The notes beneath the pieces are model-generated. The model made no database searches. It was not told the origin of the DNA and saw only the letters and a program-made list of their open reading frames with translations. The translations under genes and the position numbers were made by a program. From Gammaproteobacteria bacterium (GTDB lineage: Bacteria; Pseudomonadota; Gammaproteobacteria; Eutrophobiales; Eutrophobiaceae), in assembly GCA_965222155.1 (NCBI GenBank), contig CBDCTH010000012.1, positions 800,001 to 864,000 on the forward strand: a stretch of DNA of 64,000 nucleotides, written 5' to 3'. Below, in pieces: positions 17,673-27,731 of the stretch. Each line of letters starts with the position of its first letter. Position 1 is the first letter of the stretch.

Positions 17673-19154
17673 TTATGGATAGCCGAGCCAGGTATGAAAA
17701 ACGTTGTCAGGATCATATTTTTTACGGAGTTCGGCCAGGCGCTCCCAGTTCTTTTCGGAAAAAGAGGATTTTATCCTCTCCGGGAACAGGGTTGCTTCGA
17801 TTTCATTGACGTAAGTGCCCTTGCTGTAGGGTTGCAGCAGGTCGTTTGTCGTTTTCAGCCAGGCGTAATTGGCCTGGTCGTTTTCTGCGTCGTTCCAGAG
17901 CAGGTAGCTGGCGATGTAATGGTCGGCAATGCGCGAGAAACAGGCGTCATCATGCAGTTCCGGCTTAATCCCGTAGGAGCATAACACGTGGGAGCGGGTT
18001 GACGGCGTCCTCTTGAAATGTTCCGCCACAGACAACAATGCCTGTCCCGGATCGTCAGTCCAGACGTTGTCAACCGCGTAACGGCCTATGCCGGAATCAA
18101 CGTTTTCCGGGTTATACAGATTTGCAAACGTGGTCGGCTGATATTCCTGCTTGAAGACACTGGCGGCGGCAAGTACACTGTCAGCGAACGGGGACAACAT
18201 CGCCCTCGCTTCACTTTCCGTATCGGCAAAGGCATTAACCCCCACCATGCATAGCTTGGCCTGGCCCGGCAGTGTATCCCCAGGAGCCTGCGGGTCGTGC
18301 ATCAACAATACAAGTATCTCAACACGTTCATCTTTTATCCGGTTGAGTTTGTCCAGGGAATCAACGACTGTGGGCAGGTTGTCTATGGGAGAGATATACA
18401 TGCTGGTGTATATCGCTTGCGGTAGGGGATAAAGCTGTAATTCCAGCCGCGTCACGATACCGAAAAAGCCGGGTCCGACGCCGCGCACGGCCCAGAACAG
18501 TTCAGGATAAGCATCAGGGGTAGCAGTTACCTTCCTGCCACCGGCCAGTATGATATCGGCGCTTTTTATTGAGTGACAGGCTACGCCCCCCCAATGAGCG
18601 TGATTCCAGCCTACGCCGCCACCAAGCAGGTAACCCCCGAGAGCGACAGTAGGGCAGTGGGCTGCAGGAAATGCAAGACCCTGTTTGCCGGCTTCCCGGA
18701 TAAGTTGCTCAGACCATAATCCCGGTTGCACCTGTGCAGTTTTATTCCCGGCGTTGATCTCGATATCACGCAGCAAAGCCAGGTCAATCAGTAAACCACC
18801 GTCCCGCAATGCCGCGCCGGTGGAATTATGGCCGCTGCTCCTGGCAGACACTTTCAACCCGTTATCGGTGGCGTATTTCACTGCGGCGCTGACATCCTGT
18901 TCGGAGCGTGCACGCATGATCGTGTCCGGGTAGCGGTCCGGCTTTCTCAGGTGCCAGACCATGCTGTTGCGCCAGGCCTCATATTGGTCATCCTCCCGGT
19001 TGATGACTTCACCGCCTACCATCCGATCCAGCCCTTTTGCCAACTCACCCGGTCCTGCGAATAATGAACCTGAATAGAGTTGACCGATAGTGCCTGTCAC
19101 CCCCAGGGCGCCCAGATGTCGTATAAAATCTCTTCTTCGTAAATCAGTCAGCAT
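17673..19154 (-). CDS. Tat-exported FAD-linked oxidase (berberine-bridge/VAO family)
   Basis: LRRRDF Tat motif, RSSGH, GGYLLGGG, LFWAVRG.GPG, Y.N, L.ELRKKYDP.NVF. Confidence 0.9.
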   Translation of the reverse strand: MLTDLRRRDFIRHLGALGVTGTIGQLYSGSLFAGPGELAKGLDRMVGGEVINREDDQYEAWRNSMVWHLRKPDRYPDTIMRARSEQDVSAAVKYATDNGLKVSARSSGHNSTGAALRDGGLLIDLALLRDIEINAGNKTAQVQPGLWSEQLIREAGKQGLAFPAAHCPTVALGGYLLGGGVGWNHAHWGGVACHSIKSADIILAGGRKVTATPDAYPELFWAVRGVGPGFFGIVTRLELQLYPLPQAIYTSMYISPIDNLPTVVDSLDKLNRIKDERVEILVLLMHDPQAPGDTLPGQAKLCMVGVNAFADTESEARAMLSPFADSVLAAASVFKQEYQPTTFANLYNPENVDSGIGRYAVDNVWTDDPGQALLSVAEHFKRTPSTRSHVLCSYGIKPELHDDACFSRIADHYIASYLLWNDAENDQANYAWLKTTNDLLQPYSKGTYVNEIEATLFPERIKSSFSEKNWERLAELRKKYDPDNVFHTWLGYP

Positions 19155-19287
19155 GGTTACACCCTGGTAATTTGGTTTGTCAACAGACGCCATTATGTAA
19201 TAAAGTCTGGTTTCAGTGTGAAAAAATAACAAACAGGCCGGTATTTTATCCATACCTGTGTAATACAAAACCTGATCAAGTCCACAA

Positions 19288-20334
19288 ATGGCAGAAAACA
19301 AGTCGGAAACGGTAGTCGGGGTCAAACGCGATGATGACGCGCCTGCATTGCTCAATGACATCCCACCCCGGTATGAGCCCCTTGATCAACAACCCTATGA
19401 TCGTGATTTTGGAGTAAGACTGGCGACACCGGGGCCGGAGACCCATGGCATAAAGGATATCTGCATCGTCAGGAAGGGTCTGGCTGTCCTGATAGGCGAC
19501 GTGGAACATGATTATGCCCACAGTGATCTGAGTGAAAGCGGGGACGTGGTCAAATTTCATTTCCGCTACAGCGGCAGCAGTGAGATAGGCGTCGAGGGAG
19601 ACGAACTTGAACCGGTGGACCCAATGACCTTTGGTGTGCTGATCCAGCCTTCCGGCATGAAAAAGATAGAGTGTTTTCCCGCACATCAGCATGAGCAGTC
19701 GGTGACCCTGCTGTGTGAACCGCCCTTTCTGGAAGAAATCATTTCCGGCACCTCTCTGTTGATGTCCACCCCACTGGAGCGATTCCTGTACGGTGGCCGG
19801 AAAGACATGTATTACTGGGCAGTCCGTATGCGCCCCGAGATGGTCTCTGCGGTGAAGTCCCTGTTTGAGACAAATTTTACGGGACGCCTGCAACAACTCC
19901 AGATTGAAGCCAAGACCCTGGAATTACTCTGCTACACCCTGGACCAGTTATCAACAATGTGGTCGGGTTCGGGCGCGGATGAAACCCCGTTGCGGCAAAG
20001 GGATATCAAGCGCGTCGCAGAAATATGTGAAATTCTCGAAAATGACTTATCCAGAGCGCCCACCATCAATGAACTGGCGAAAACCCTGTCCTGGAACGAG
20101 ACCCAGTTGATGCGGGTGTTCAGGCAGGCCGTAGGCACTACGGTACATAATTATCAGCACCGCGCCCGAATGGAAAAGGCCTGTGATTTGCTGGCAAATA
20201 CCGAGATGACGATTACCCGGATTGCCATGAACGTCGGTTATGAATATTCGAGTAATTTTACTACGGCATTCAGAAAATACTTTGGAGTGACCCCCAAACT
20301 GGTGAGGGCGGAACGTAACCCGACGGTTATGTAG
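19288..20334 (+). CDS. AraC-family transcriptional regulator
   Basis: C-terminal double HTH (PTINELA...FRQ..GTT...IAMNVGY...FTTAFRKYFGVTP). Confidence 0.92.
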   Translation: MAENKSETVVGVKRDDDAPALLNDIPPRYEPLDQQPYDRDFGVRLATPGPETHGIKDICIVRKGLAVLIGDVEHDYAHSDLSESGDVVKFHFRYSGSSEIGVEGDELEPVDPMTFGVLIQPSGMKKIECFPAHQHEQSVTLLCEPPFLEEIISGTSLLMSTPLERFLYGGRKDMYYWAVRMRPEMVSAVKSLFETNFTGRLQQLQIEAKTLELLCYTLDQLSTMWSGSGADETPLRQRDIKRVAEICEILENDLSRAPTINELAKTLSWNETQLMRVFRQAVGTTVHNYQHRARMEKACDLLANTEMTITRIAMNVGYEYSSNFTTAFRKYFGVTPKLVRAERNPTVM

Positions 20335-20362
20335 CAAAGCGGACTGAAAAAATTTCATTTTC

Positions 20363-21472
20363 ATGAACGGTTCAGGTTTGCCGGACAACATTGATGGCTG
20401 TTTCAGCTCCGATTATTTCACGGCGCGGGAAAGGTTCCTGGAGGCTTGCCGCAGAAAAAACCTGGAGGTCACCAGCTACATAAATCCTGCCTCAGAGGAG
20501 GCAAAGGCAGAACTTGCCGTCGATACGACATTTATCGGTAACCGGTCGGCACCAAAGATATTGGTGATCACCTCGGGATTTCATGGAGTTGAGTTGATGT
20601 GCGGGTCCGGTTGTCAAACCGGATTGATCGAGAATGATTGTTTACTCACATTATCCGAAGACATTGCCGTATTGCAGGTTCATGGGGTCAACCCCTGGGG
20701 CGCTGCACACCTGAGGCGTAATAATGAAGATAACGTGGATTTATGCCGGAATTTTCTTGATTTTAACGAGGCTTATCCCGTCAACCCGGGATATGAAGCA
20801 ATTCATGAGGCATTATGTTGTCCGGAATCCAGCGGGCCCCGGAGGGAGGAGGCTGAAAAAATTCTGCAAGACTTTCGGCAACGGCATGGATTGCCGGCAT
20901 TTATCAACGCGCTGATAGCCGGACAGTATCAGCACCCTGATGGGATGTCTTACGGCGGAGACAGCGCGACCTGGTCCCGGCAAACGCTGGAAGAAATCCT
21001 GCGTCATTATGGCGGAACTGCTGAGCGGGTATGTCTGGTCGACATCCACAGCGGATTGGGTCCTTATGGTCATGGGTCGGTTGTCTGCTTGCAGCAAGGG
21101 GATAATCTGGACCGCGCCCGGAATTGGTTCGGGGACCGGCTGACCTCACCGCAGCTTGACGCGGCCCCGGCAAGGCGGCATTTCCATCCGACAATGGGTC
21201 ATCCTTCCCGGGAATATCAACGGTTATTTAAACAAGGGCAGGTAACCTCAGTCGTCCTGGAATTTGGCACCTATTCTTCAGAAAATAATTTAAAGGCATT
21301 GCTGGATGACCACTGGTTGGAATTTAACGGTGACGGGCGGACTGATACGGCAGGTAACATAAAGTCTGATATATTGAAGGCGCATTATCCGGATGACCCG
21401 CACTGGCGTGAGTCGGTCTGGACAGGTTGTGAACGGGTGATAAAACAGTCAATTAACGGGTTAATACAATGA
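20363..21472 (+). CDS. DUF2817 / M14-like metallopeptidase
   Basis: SGFHGVE, VNPWG, RNNEDNVDL.RNF, DIHSGLG, EFGT. Confidence 0.85.
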   Translation: MNGSGLPDNIDGCFSSDYFTARERFLEACRRKNLEVTSYINPASEEAKAELAVDTTFIGNRSAPKILVITSGFHGVELMCGSGCQTGLIENDCLLTLSEDIAVLQVHGVNPWGAAHLRRNNEDNVDLCRNFLDFNEAYPVNPGYEAIHEALCCPESSGPRREEAEKILQDFRQRHGLPAFINALIAGQYQHPDGMSYGGDSATWSRQTLEEILRHYGGTAERVCLVDIHSGLGPYGHGSVVCLQQGDNLDRARNWFGDRLTSPQLDAAPARRHFHPTMGHPSREYQRLFKQGQVTSVVLEFGTYSSENNLKALLDDHWLEFNGDGRTDTAGNIKSDILKAHYPDDPHWRESVWTGCERVIKQSINGLIQ

Positions 21473-22503
21473 ACGCCGATACGAGTAACCACATCCCGCC
21501 TACCCTGGAGGAAGTCCGGTTAACTGCCGCTAGACTGGCGCCCTATATACGGATGACGCCGGCCTTCCATTGGTCAGGAGACACGGTCGCTTCCCGGCTG
21601 GGAAAGGATACGGAATTGTTTTTAAAACTGGAATTGTTCCAGCGCACCGGCACCTTCAAGGCACGCGGCGCGGTCAATAATGCATTGGCCTTGTCGGCCG
21701 GCCAGCTTGCCCGGGGGATTACCGCCATGAGTTCGGGCAACCATGCCATTGCCGCCGCTTACGCGGCCCGATGTGTCGATACCAGCGCAAAAGTGGTGAT
21801 GCAGGCCAGCGCCAACCCGGCCCGAATTGAAATTGCCCGCAATCTCGGGGCGGAAATTCTGATTGCGCAGGATGGGCCCACCGGTTTCAGGATGGTTGAG
21901 GAAATAGTGGAAAAAGAGGGACGAACCTTTATCCATCCGTTTGAAGGTTTCAGGGTGACGGAAGGAACCGGCACCTGTGGCCTGGAACTGCACGACGCAA
22001 TAAAGGAACTGGAGGCAGTGGTTGTACCCATAGGTGCCGGCGGCTTATGTTCCGGTGTGGGGGTGGTTACCAAGCTGTTGAATGCAAAATGTAAGGTGTA
22101 CGGGGTCGAACCCGAAGGGGCCGCAGTGATGCAGAAAAGCCTGGCGGCGGGTTCGGCGCAGAACCTGACGGAACTGTCAACGATAGCCGACAGCCTGGCT
22201 CCCCCGTTTACCACCGATTACTGTTATGCAATGTGTGAGCGCGCGCTGGATGACCTTGTCCTGGTTTCGGATGATGAACTCGCGGCCGCCGCGACTATTT
22301 TGTTTGAACATGGAAAACTGGCGGTCGAACCTGCCGGCGCAGCGACCACGGCTGCCGCTTTCGGGCCACTTGCAGGCCGGCTCAGGGGTAAGCGGGTCGC
22401 GGCGATCGTTTGTGGTTCGAACATTGATATAGGTGGTTTTGCCGAACTGGTCAAACGCGGCAGGGACGGGTTGGCCCGGGGCGTTCTTCCAACTCGCCCC
22501 TGA
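21469..22503 (+). CDS. PLP-dependent serine/threonine dehydratase family protein
   Basis: KLELFQRTGTFKARGA, SSGNHA, IGAGGL, EPAGA, CGSNID. Confidence 0.9.
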   Translation: MNADTSNHIPPTLEEVRLTAARLAPYIRMTPAFHWSGDTVASRLGKDTELFLKLELFQRTGTFKARGAVNNALALSAGQLARGITAMSSGNHAIAAAYAARCVDTSAKVVMQASANPARIEIARNLGAEILIAQDGPTGFRMVEEIVEKEGRTFIHPFEGFRVTEGTGTCGLELHDAIKELEAVVVPIGAGGLCSGVGVVTKLLNAKCKVYGVEPEGAAVMQKSLAAGSAQNLTELSTIADSLAPPFTTDYCYAMCERALDDLVLVSDDELAAAATILFEHGKLAVEPAGAATTAAAFGPLAGRLRGKRVAAIVCGSNIDIGGFAELVKRGRDGLARGVLPTRP

Positions 22504-22520
22504 CTTGCAGCTACCCTGAA

Positions 22521-24050
22521 GTGGAAGCAGAACAGGGCATCCTTGCATTTGGCGAGCAGTCCAGCTCAATCAGTGGCATTGATGCTGCGGCAAGACGCGT
22601 TGCCGGCGGCTTGCGACACCTGGGAGTCCGGGAGAACGACAGCGTGGCCGTTATTTTGCGCAATGACATCCCCTATTTTATTATCCATGAGGCAGCGCAT
22701 TATCTCGGGTTTGATGCAGTTCCGGTTAACTGGCATTTAAAGCCGGCCGAGATTGATTTCATCTTAACCGACTGCAAGGCAAAGGTTGTCATTATCCATT
22801 CCGACCTGCTCACCGGAGAGTTGGCAGGCGTAATACGACATGTTTCTGTGATTGTGGTAACCACGCCGGATGAGATCCTGGATAGTTATGGTATTACTGA
22901 TGACGGGGGTAATGGGGAGCCCGGCTTCCTGGGTTGGTCTGACTGGATCGAGAAGAGTCCGGAGCTTGCGGACCCGGTAAAAAATTTCAGACCCCCCTTG
23001 TTTTATACCTCGGGCAGTAGCGGCAGACCCAAGGCCGTCTTACGCAAAAATGTAACCCCTCAAATCGGCGCTAAAGTCAGCGCCAGGACAAGCTTTGCCT
23101 GGGGTTTCGACCGAACCCCGATCCGTTCGGTAATGACAGGCCCCCTGTACCATTCCGCGCCGAACGGGTACGGCAATATGGTCTTGCAGGCCGGCGGCCT
23201 GCTTATCCTGACGGCGCGCTTCAGTGCGGAAGACTTGCTGGCTTTGATAGAGCATTATGAAATCACCCACCTGCACCTGGTGCCCACCATGTTTGTCCGC
23301 TTACTGGATTTGCCTGGTGAAATTCGGGGCAGGTATCGACTTGATTCCTTAATCCACGTGACCCACGGCGCGGCGCCTTGCCCCGTCGATGTCAAGCGGT
23401 GCATGATTGACTGGTGGGGAAACGTGATCCATGAATATTACGCCATGACGGAAACAGGCATAATTACCTGTTGCAGCTCTGTTGAATGGCTGGAACACGA
23501 AGGAACGGTTGGACGCCCGGCGCCCGGGGTTGAGATTGAAATTCGTGATGTGCAGGGTAACCGTCTCAACGCTCGTGAAGAAGGCATCATCTGCGTAAGA
23601 CATGAAGGTACCGATTGTATTTCTTATCTTAACGCAAGGGAAAACGCCACAGGGTTACACCAGAACGGCTTCCTGGTCACGGGAGACATCGGCTACCTGG
23701 ATGAAGGGGGTTTCCTGTATGTTTCCTCCCGTCAATCGGATATGGTGATATCCGGGGGCGTCAATATCTATCCGGCGGAAATCGAAGCGGAACTGATCGC
23801 CCTGAACGGCGTTGACGATTGTGTCGTGTTCGGCATTCCCGACGTGGAGTATGGGGAAAAACTCGTGGCGGTCATAGAGACAAAACGCTCGTTAAACGAA
23901 AGTGAAATATCCGCTAACCTTAAGACCAGACTCGCAAACTTCAAGATTCCCGGGATTTATGAATTTGTTGACAGGTTGCCGCGTGAAGATTCCGGTAAAA
24001 TAAAGAAACAGTCCGTCAAACGAGACTATCTCGCCAGGCATGGAAACTGA
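22521..24050 (+). CDS. Acyl-CoA synthetase (AMP-binding)
   Basis: YTSGSSGRPK, YAMTE, TGDIG, R..DMVISGGVNIYPAEIE, LPREDSGK. Confidence 0.92.
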   Translation: MEAEQGILAFGEQSSSISGIDAAARRVAGGLRHLGVRENDSVAVILRNDIPYFIIHEAAHYLGFDAVPVNWHLKPAEIDFILTDCKAKVVIIHSDLLTGELAGVIRHVSVIVVTTPDEILDSYGITDDGGNGEPGFLGWSDWIEKSPELADPVKNFRPPLFYTSGSSGRPKAVLRKNVTPQIGAKVSARTSFAWGFDRTPIRSVMTGPLYHSAPNGYGNMVLQAGGLLILTARFSAEDLLALIEHYEITHLHLVPTMFVRLLDLPGEIRGRYRLDSLIHVTHGAAPCPVDVKRCMIDWWGNVIHEYYAMTETGIITCCSSVEWLEHEGTVGRPAPGVEIEIRDVQGNRLNAREEGIICVRHEGTDCISYLNARENATGLHQNGFLVTGDIGYLDEGGFLYVSSRQSDMVISGGVNIYPAEIEAELIALNGVDDCVVFGIPDVEYGEKLVAVIETKRSLNESEISANLKTRLANFKIPGIYEFVDRLPREDSGKIKKQSVKRDYLARHGN

Positions 24051-24065
24051 TTGTTGAATACGCTT

Positions 24066-24545
24066 ATGAAAAAATACTTCAATATGATTCTGATACCGGT
24101 ATTCCTGCTGGCAATCCCCGGTTGTTCCAAACAGGACCAGCATACCGCGCCCCTGCCGGATTTCGAGCAGTTGGTACTCGACGATTATATTATGCCCTAC
24201 AAAACAGGTGACATTGAGCGCTGGCTGGAAATTTTTGCCGATGACGCAGTCGGCATGCATAACACCTTGCCGGCACTGGAGGGGAAGCAGGCGTTACGTC
24301 ATTTTGCGGAGACTGTCCATAACACTTTCAATATCGAACAACTGGACGTGACCGTCGACTCTGTCATTTCCGAAGGTGACTGGGCGCTGACGCGGGGCAG
24401 CTTTGTTGCCGATTTTATCCTCAAGGATGGAGATGCCGGAAATCGGGGAAACCCCCGGCAAGGCAAATATATTTTATTATGGGAACGGCAAAACGACGGC
24501 ACATGGAAGATTATCCTCGATATGGGTAACAACAATACGCCGTGA
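24066..24545 (+). CDS. NTF2/DUF4440 (YybH-like) lipoprotein
   Basis: Lipobox LAIPGC; GKY...W.RQ.DG.WKI..D. Confidence 0.75.
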   Translation: MKKYFNMILIPVFLLAIPGCSKQDQHTAPLPDFEQLVLDDYIMPYKTGDIERWLEIFADDAVGMHNTLPALEGKQALRHFAETVHNTFNIEQLDVTVDSVISEGDWALTRGSFVADFILKDGDAGNRGNPRQGKYILLWERQNDGTWKIILDMGNNNTP

Positions 24546-24614
24546 TCTCAATGACTGGCCTGTTCAGATATTCCCCCAGGACTTCATTTTCCAACCAGGC
24601 AATGAGGTGACGCG

Positions 24615-26228
24615 ATTGCTGAATATGATGTAATTGTGGTTGGAGGAGGGTCAGCCGGTTGTGTCATAGCGGGCCGTTTGTCCGAAGATCCGTCTCTTTC
24701 CGTTCTACTGGTGGAAGCGGGGGGGAGCGACAAACACCCTTTCAGCCGGATCCCCGCGGCCAGTGGCGCCGCCGTTTTCAGTTCCCGCTTTAACTGGAAG
24801 TATGCTGTCGAACCGGACCCGACCCGGGCCGGCAAGGTGGATAGCTGGTGGAGCGGGCGTTGTCTGGGCGGGGGCAGCGCCATCAACGGCATGATGTTTG
24901 TGCGCGGTCATCGGGATGATTACGATGACTGGTCTGACCAGGGTTGCCACGGCTGGGATTACCCGTCGGTTTTGCCGTATTTCAAGCGTCTGGAATGTAA
25001 CCGGCGCGGCAGCGATGAATGGCGCAGCCGGGAAGGGCCCCACTCCGTGGAAGATTTACACGTTGACAGTCCGCTGACCCACGACTGGATTAAGGCCGCA
25101 CAACAGGCGGGCGTCCCCAGGAGTCATGACCTGAATGGAGCTGATCATGAGGGTGTGGACTTTGTCCAGGTGGCCCAGCGCAAGGGTTGGCGTGAGTCCG
25201 CCGCCCGGGCATACCTCGGGCCGGTACGCAAACGACGCAACCTGCATATTCGCCTCAATACCCGCGTTACCCGAGTCCTGTTTAACGGCAACAGGGCCAG
25301 CGGCATCGAATTCACCCGCGCTGGTACGTTTGATAAGGCCCCGTTCGAAAAGGCATTCGCACGCGCCGCCGTGATAATGAGTGCGGGCGCCATCGCTACG
25401 CCAAAGTTACTGCAACTTTCCGGCATCGGGGACGGGTCGGCACTCAACGGGGCAGGTATCCCCCCTATCGTGCATGCGCCGGGAGTCGGCAAAAACCTGC
25501 AGGAACACACAGGAATTCGTTATTCGTTTGATGTGAATTGTGAAACTCTGGGCACCCGCACGGGTTTCCTGGATAATCTGTTTCAGTTGTTCCAATTCCT
25601 GGTTAACGGGAAGGGGTTACTGACCACGCCTATCGCCCATGCCCAGGCGTTCGTCCGCACCCGCACGGAATTTACAACACCCAACGCTCAGATTACCATG
25701 GCCCCTTTCCATATCGAAATCGGTGAAGACAACGCCATCCTCAGCAAAGAACGGATTGCCGGCGGCGCGGTCGGCTTGATGCGCACGCAGAGCAGGGGAG
25801 AAATTACGTTACGCTCACAGGACCCGTTGGATCCGCCCCGCATTCATTATCCCATGCTGGGTTCCGAGGATGATATTGACCAACTCGTTGAGGCCTGTCT
25901 GTTAGCCAGGAAAATCACGGAGCAGCCGGCCTTCAGGAAAAAACTGGTGCGCTGGCGGCAGCCTGATGATGAGGTGTTTGGTGGAAATCAACTCAGGGAA
26001 TTCGTTAAAACTGCGGCGTTTCCCATGTATCACCCGGTCGGGACCTGCAGGATGGGAAGTGATGCGGGCGCCGTGGTGGACCCGAATTTAAAGGTCAGGG
26101 GCGTTGACGGGTTGTGGGTTATCGATGCGTCCGTTATGCCGACCCTGGTAACCGGCAACACTAATGCTACCGTGATCATGATCGGTGAGAAAGGCGCAGA
26201 TCTCGTGCGTTCTGCGTTATCGCAATAA
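24615..26228 (+). CDS. GMC-family oxidoreductase (choline dehydrogenase-like)
   Basis: YDVIVVGGGSAG, GGGSAINGM, VGKNLQEH, YHPVGTCRMG, GNTNA. The frame is open back to ATT 24615, after GAGGTG. Confidence 0.9.
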   Translation: MAEYDVIVVGGGSAGCVIAGRLSEDPSLSVLLVEAGGSDKHPFSRIPAASGAAVFSSRFNWKYAVEPDPTRAGKVDSWWSGRCLGGGSAINGMMFVRGHRDDYDDWSDQGCHGWDYPSVLPYFKRLECNRRGSDEWRSREGPHSVEDLHVDSPLTHDWIKAAQQAGVPRSHDLNGADHEGVDFVQVAQRKGWRESAARAYLGPVRKRRNLHIRLNTRVTRVLFNGNRASGIEFTRAGTFDKAPFEKAFARAAVIMSAGAIATPKLLQLSGIGDGSALNGAGIPPIVHAPGVGKNLQEHTGIRYSFDVNCETLGTRTGFLDNLFQLFQFLVNGKGLLTTPIAHAQAFVRTRTEFTTPNAQITMAPFHIEIGEDNAILSKERIAGGAVGLMRTQSRGEITLRSQDPLDPPRIHYPMLGSEDDIDQLVEACLLARKITEQPAFRKKLVRWRQPDDEVFGGNQLREFVKTAAFPMYHPVGTCRMGSDAGAVVDPNLKVRGVDGLWVIDASVMPTLVTGNTNATVIMIGEKGADLVRSALSQ

Positions 26229-26237
26229 GCCCGTCCC

Positions 26238-27731
26238 ATGAAATACTTTATTGCACTGCTGCTGACCGAGACAAATTCTTTCTCACCCATTCCTACCGGG
26301 ATGGATGAATTCAGACAGTTCGGGTTATGGCATGGCAACGCCAGCAGTCGGGACGAACTGTTCGGTCCGGTATTAGCCCGCTGGCGGCAGTTGGCAACCG
26401 CGGCCGGGCATGAAGTTGCAGAGAGTCTGGGCGCTGTTGCGCAACCGGGCGGACCTGTTGATATGGCGGTGTATGAAGCGTTCAAACAGGAAATTCTGTC
26501 AGACCTTGAACAGGCAATGCCGGTTGACGTGGTGCTATTACAACTGCACGGATCGATGATCGCGACCGGGTGTGATGATTGTGAAGGAGACCTATTAAAG
26601 GCAGTAAGGCAACTAGTCGGTCCTGACACAGTGATTGGCGCAGAGCTGGACCTGCATTGTCTGCTATCGCCCAAGATGGTTGACTGTGCGGATATGCTTG
26701 TGTCGTATAAGGAATATCCGCACACTGACATCATGGACTGCGGCAATAGGTTATTTCACCTATGCACAGGTATCGCGCAAGGAATATTACAGCCGGTCAG
26801 CAGCGTGTTTAATTGCCGGATGATCAGCACGTGGAAAACCACGCAACAACCGATGAGCAGCTTTGTTGAAAAATTGCGTGACCTGGAAGAAACTGAAGAG
26901 ATTATTTCCGTTTCTTTCTGTCACGGTTTGCCCTGGGGTGACAGCGAGCACAACGGCGCGAAAGTATTGGTGTATACAAATGGGAATGAAACGTCTGCCG
27001 CTCAGACTGCAACAGAGATAGGCATAGAAATCTGGTCGATGCGTCATGAGACACATCCTGAATATCCCGGGATTAAGGAAGCCCTGGATCAGATCAGTGC
27101 ATCGGATCGGCACCCCATCGTTCTGGCTGATACAGCGGATAATCCGGGTGGAGGCGCGCCGGGTGATGCCACCTTCATTCTGGAGCGAGTCCTTTCCAGC
27201 AAAATCGCTCATGTGGTGAGCGGCGTCTATTGGGACCCTGAGTCCATGGACAGGTGTAGAAATGCCGGCAAGGGTGCTACGTTGGACTTGAACCTGGGCG
27301 GCAAAACGGGTGTCACTTCCGGCAATCCTGCCGGCCTGACGGTCAAGGTGCGTGCGTTATTGGAGGATTATTCGCAACCTGATACGGACGGTGGACGGCA
27401 CCCGGTGGGTAGTCTGGCCTGGGTATCAGTAGTTGATACGTCAATTGTGAATGTAAATATAGTCATCAGTGAACATCGTCGGCAAACACTCCATCCGGAA
27501 ATATTTACCGCGCTGGGCATCGACCTGCCGACAATGAAGCTGATCATCGTCAAATCGAGTCAGCACTTCCATGCAGGGTTTGCCCCCCTGGCCGAAGAAA
27601 TAATTTACGTAACCACCCCGGGCACCCTGAATTTTGATTTTGCAAGTATCCCCTACAGGAAATATACCCAACCTTATTGGCCCAGGCATGAGTTTCCTCC
27701 CGGAATGAATAGTACGAGCACGCTGAGATGA
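26238..27731 (+). CDS. M81 family metallopeptidase (MlrC-like)
   Basis: ETNSFSP, LHGSM, D.EGD, LDLH, YPH.D, DNPGGGAPGD, VKS..HF. Confidence 0.9.
   Translation: MKYFIALLLTETNSFSPIPTGMDEFRQFGLWHGNASSRDELFGPVLARWRQLATAAGHEVAESLGAVAQPGGPVDMAVYEAFKQEILSDLEQAMPVDVVLLQLHGSMIATGCDDCEGDLLKAVRQLVGPDTVIGAELDLHCLLSPKMVDCADMLVSYKEYPHTDIMDCGNRLFHLCTGIAQGILQPVSSVFNCRMISTWKTTQQPMSSFVEKLRDLEETEEIISVSFCHGLPWGDSEHNGAKVLVYTNGNETSAAQTATEIGIEIWSMRHETHPEYPGIKEALDQISASDRHPIVLADTADNPGGGAPGDATFILERVLSSKIAHVVSGVYWDPESMDRCRNAGKGATLDLNLGGKTGVTSGNPAGLTVKVRALLEDYSQPDTDGGRHPVGSLAWVSVVDTSIVNVNIVISEHRRQTLHPEIFTALGIDLPTMKLIIVKSSQHFHAGFAPLAEEIIYVTTPGTLNFDFASIPYRKYTQPYWPRHEFPPGMNSTSTLR

Noticed and set aside
26238-27731. Microcystin degradation pathway
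   Set aside because: Only an M81/MlrC-family gene is present, with no mlrA/B/D; the family is widespread
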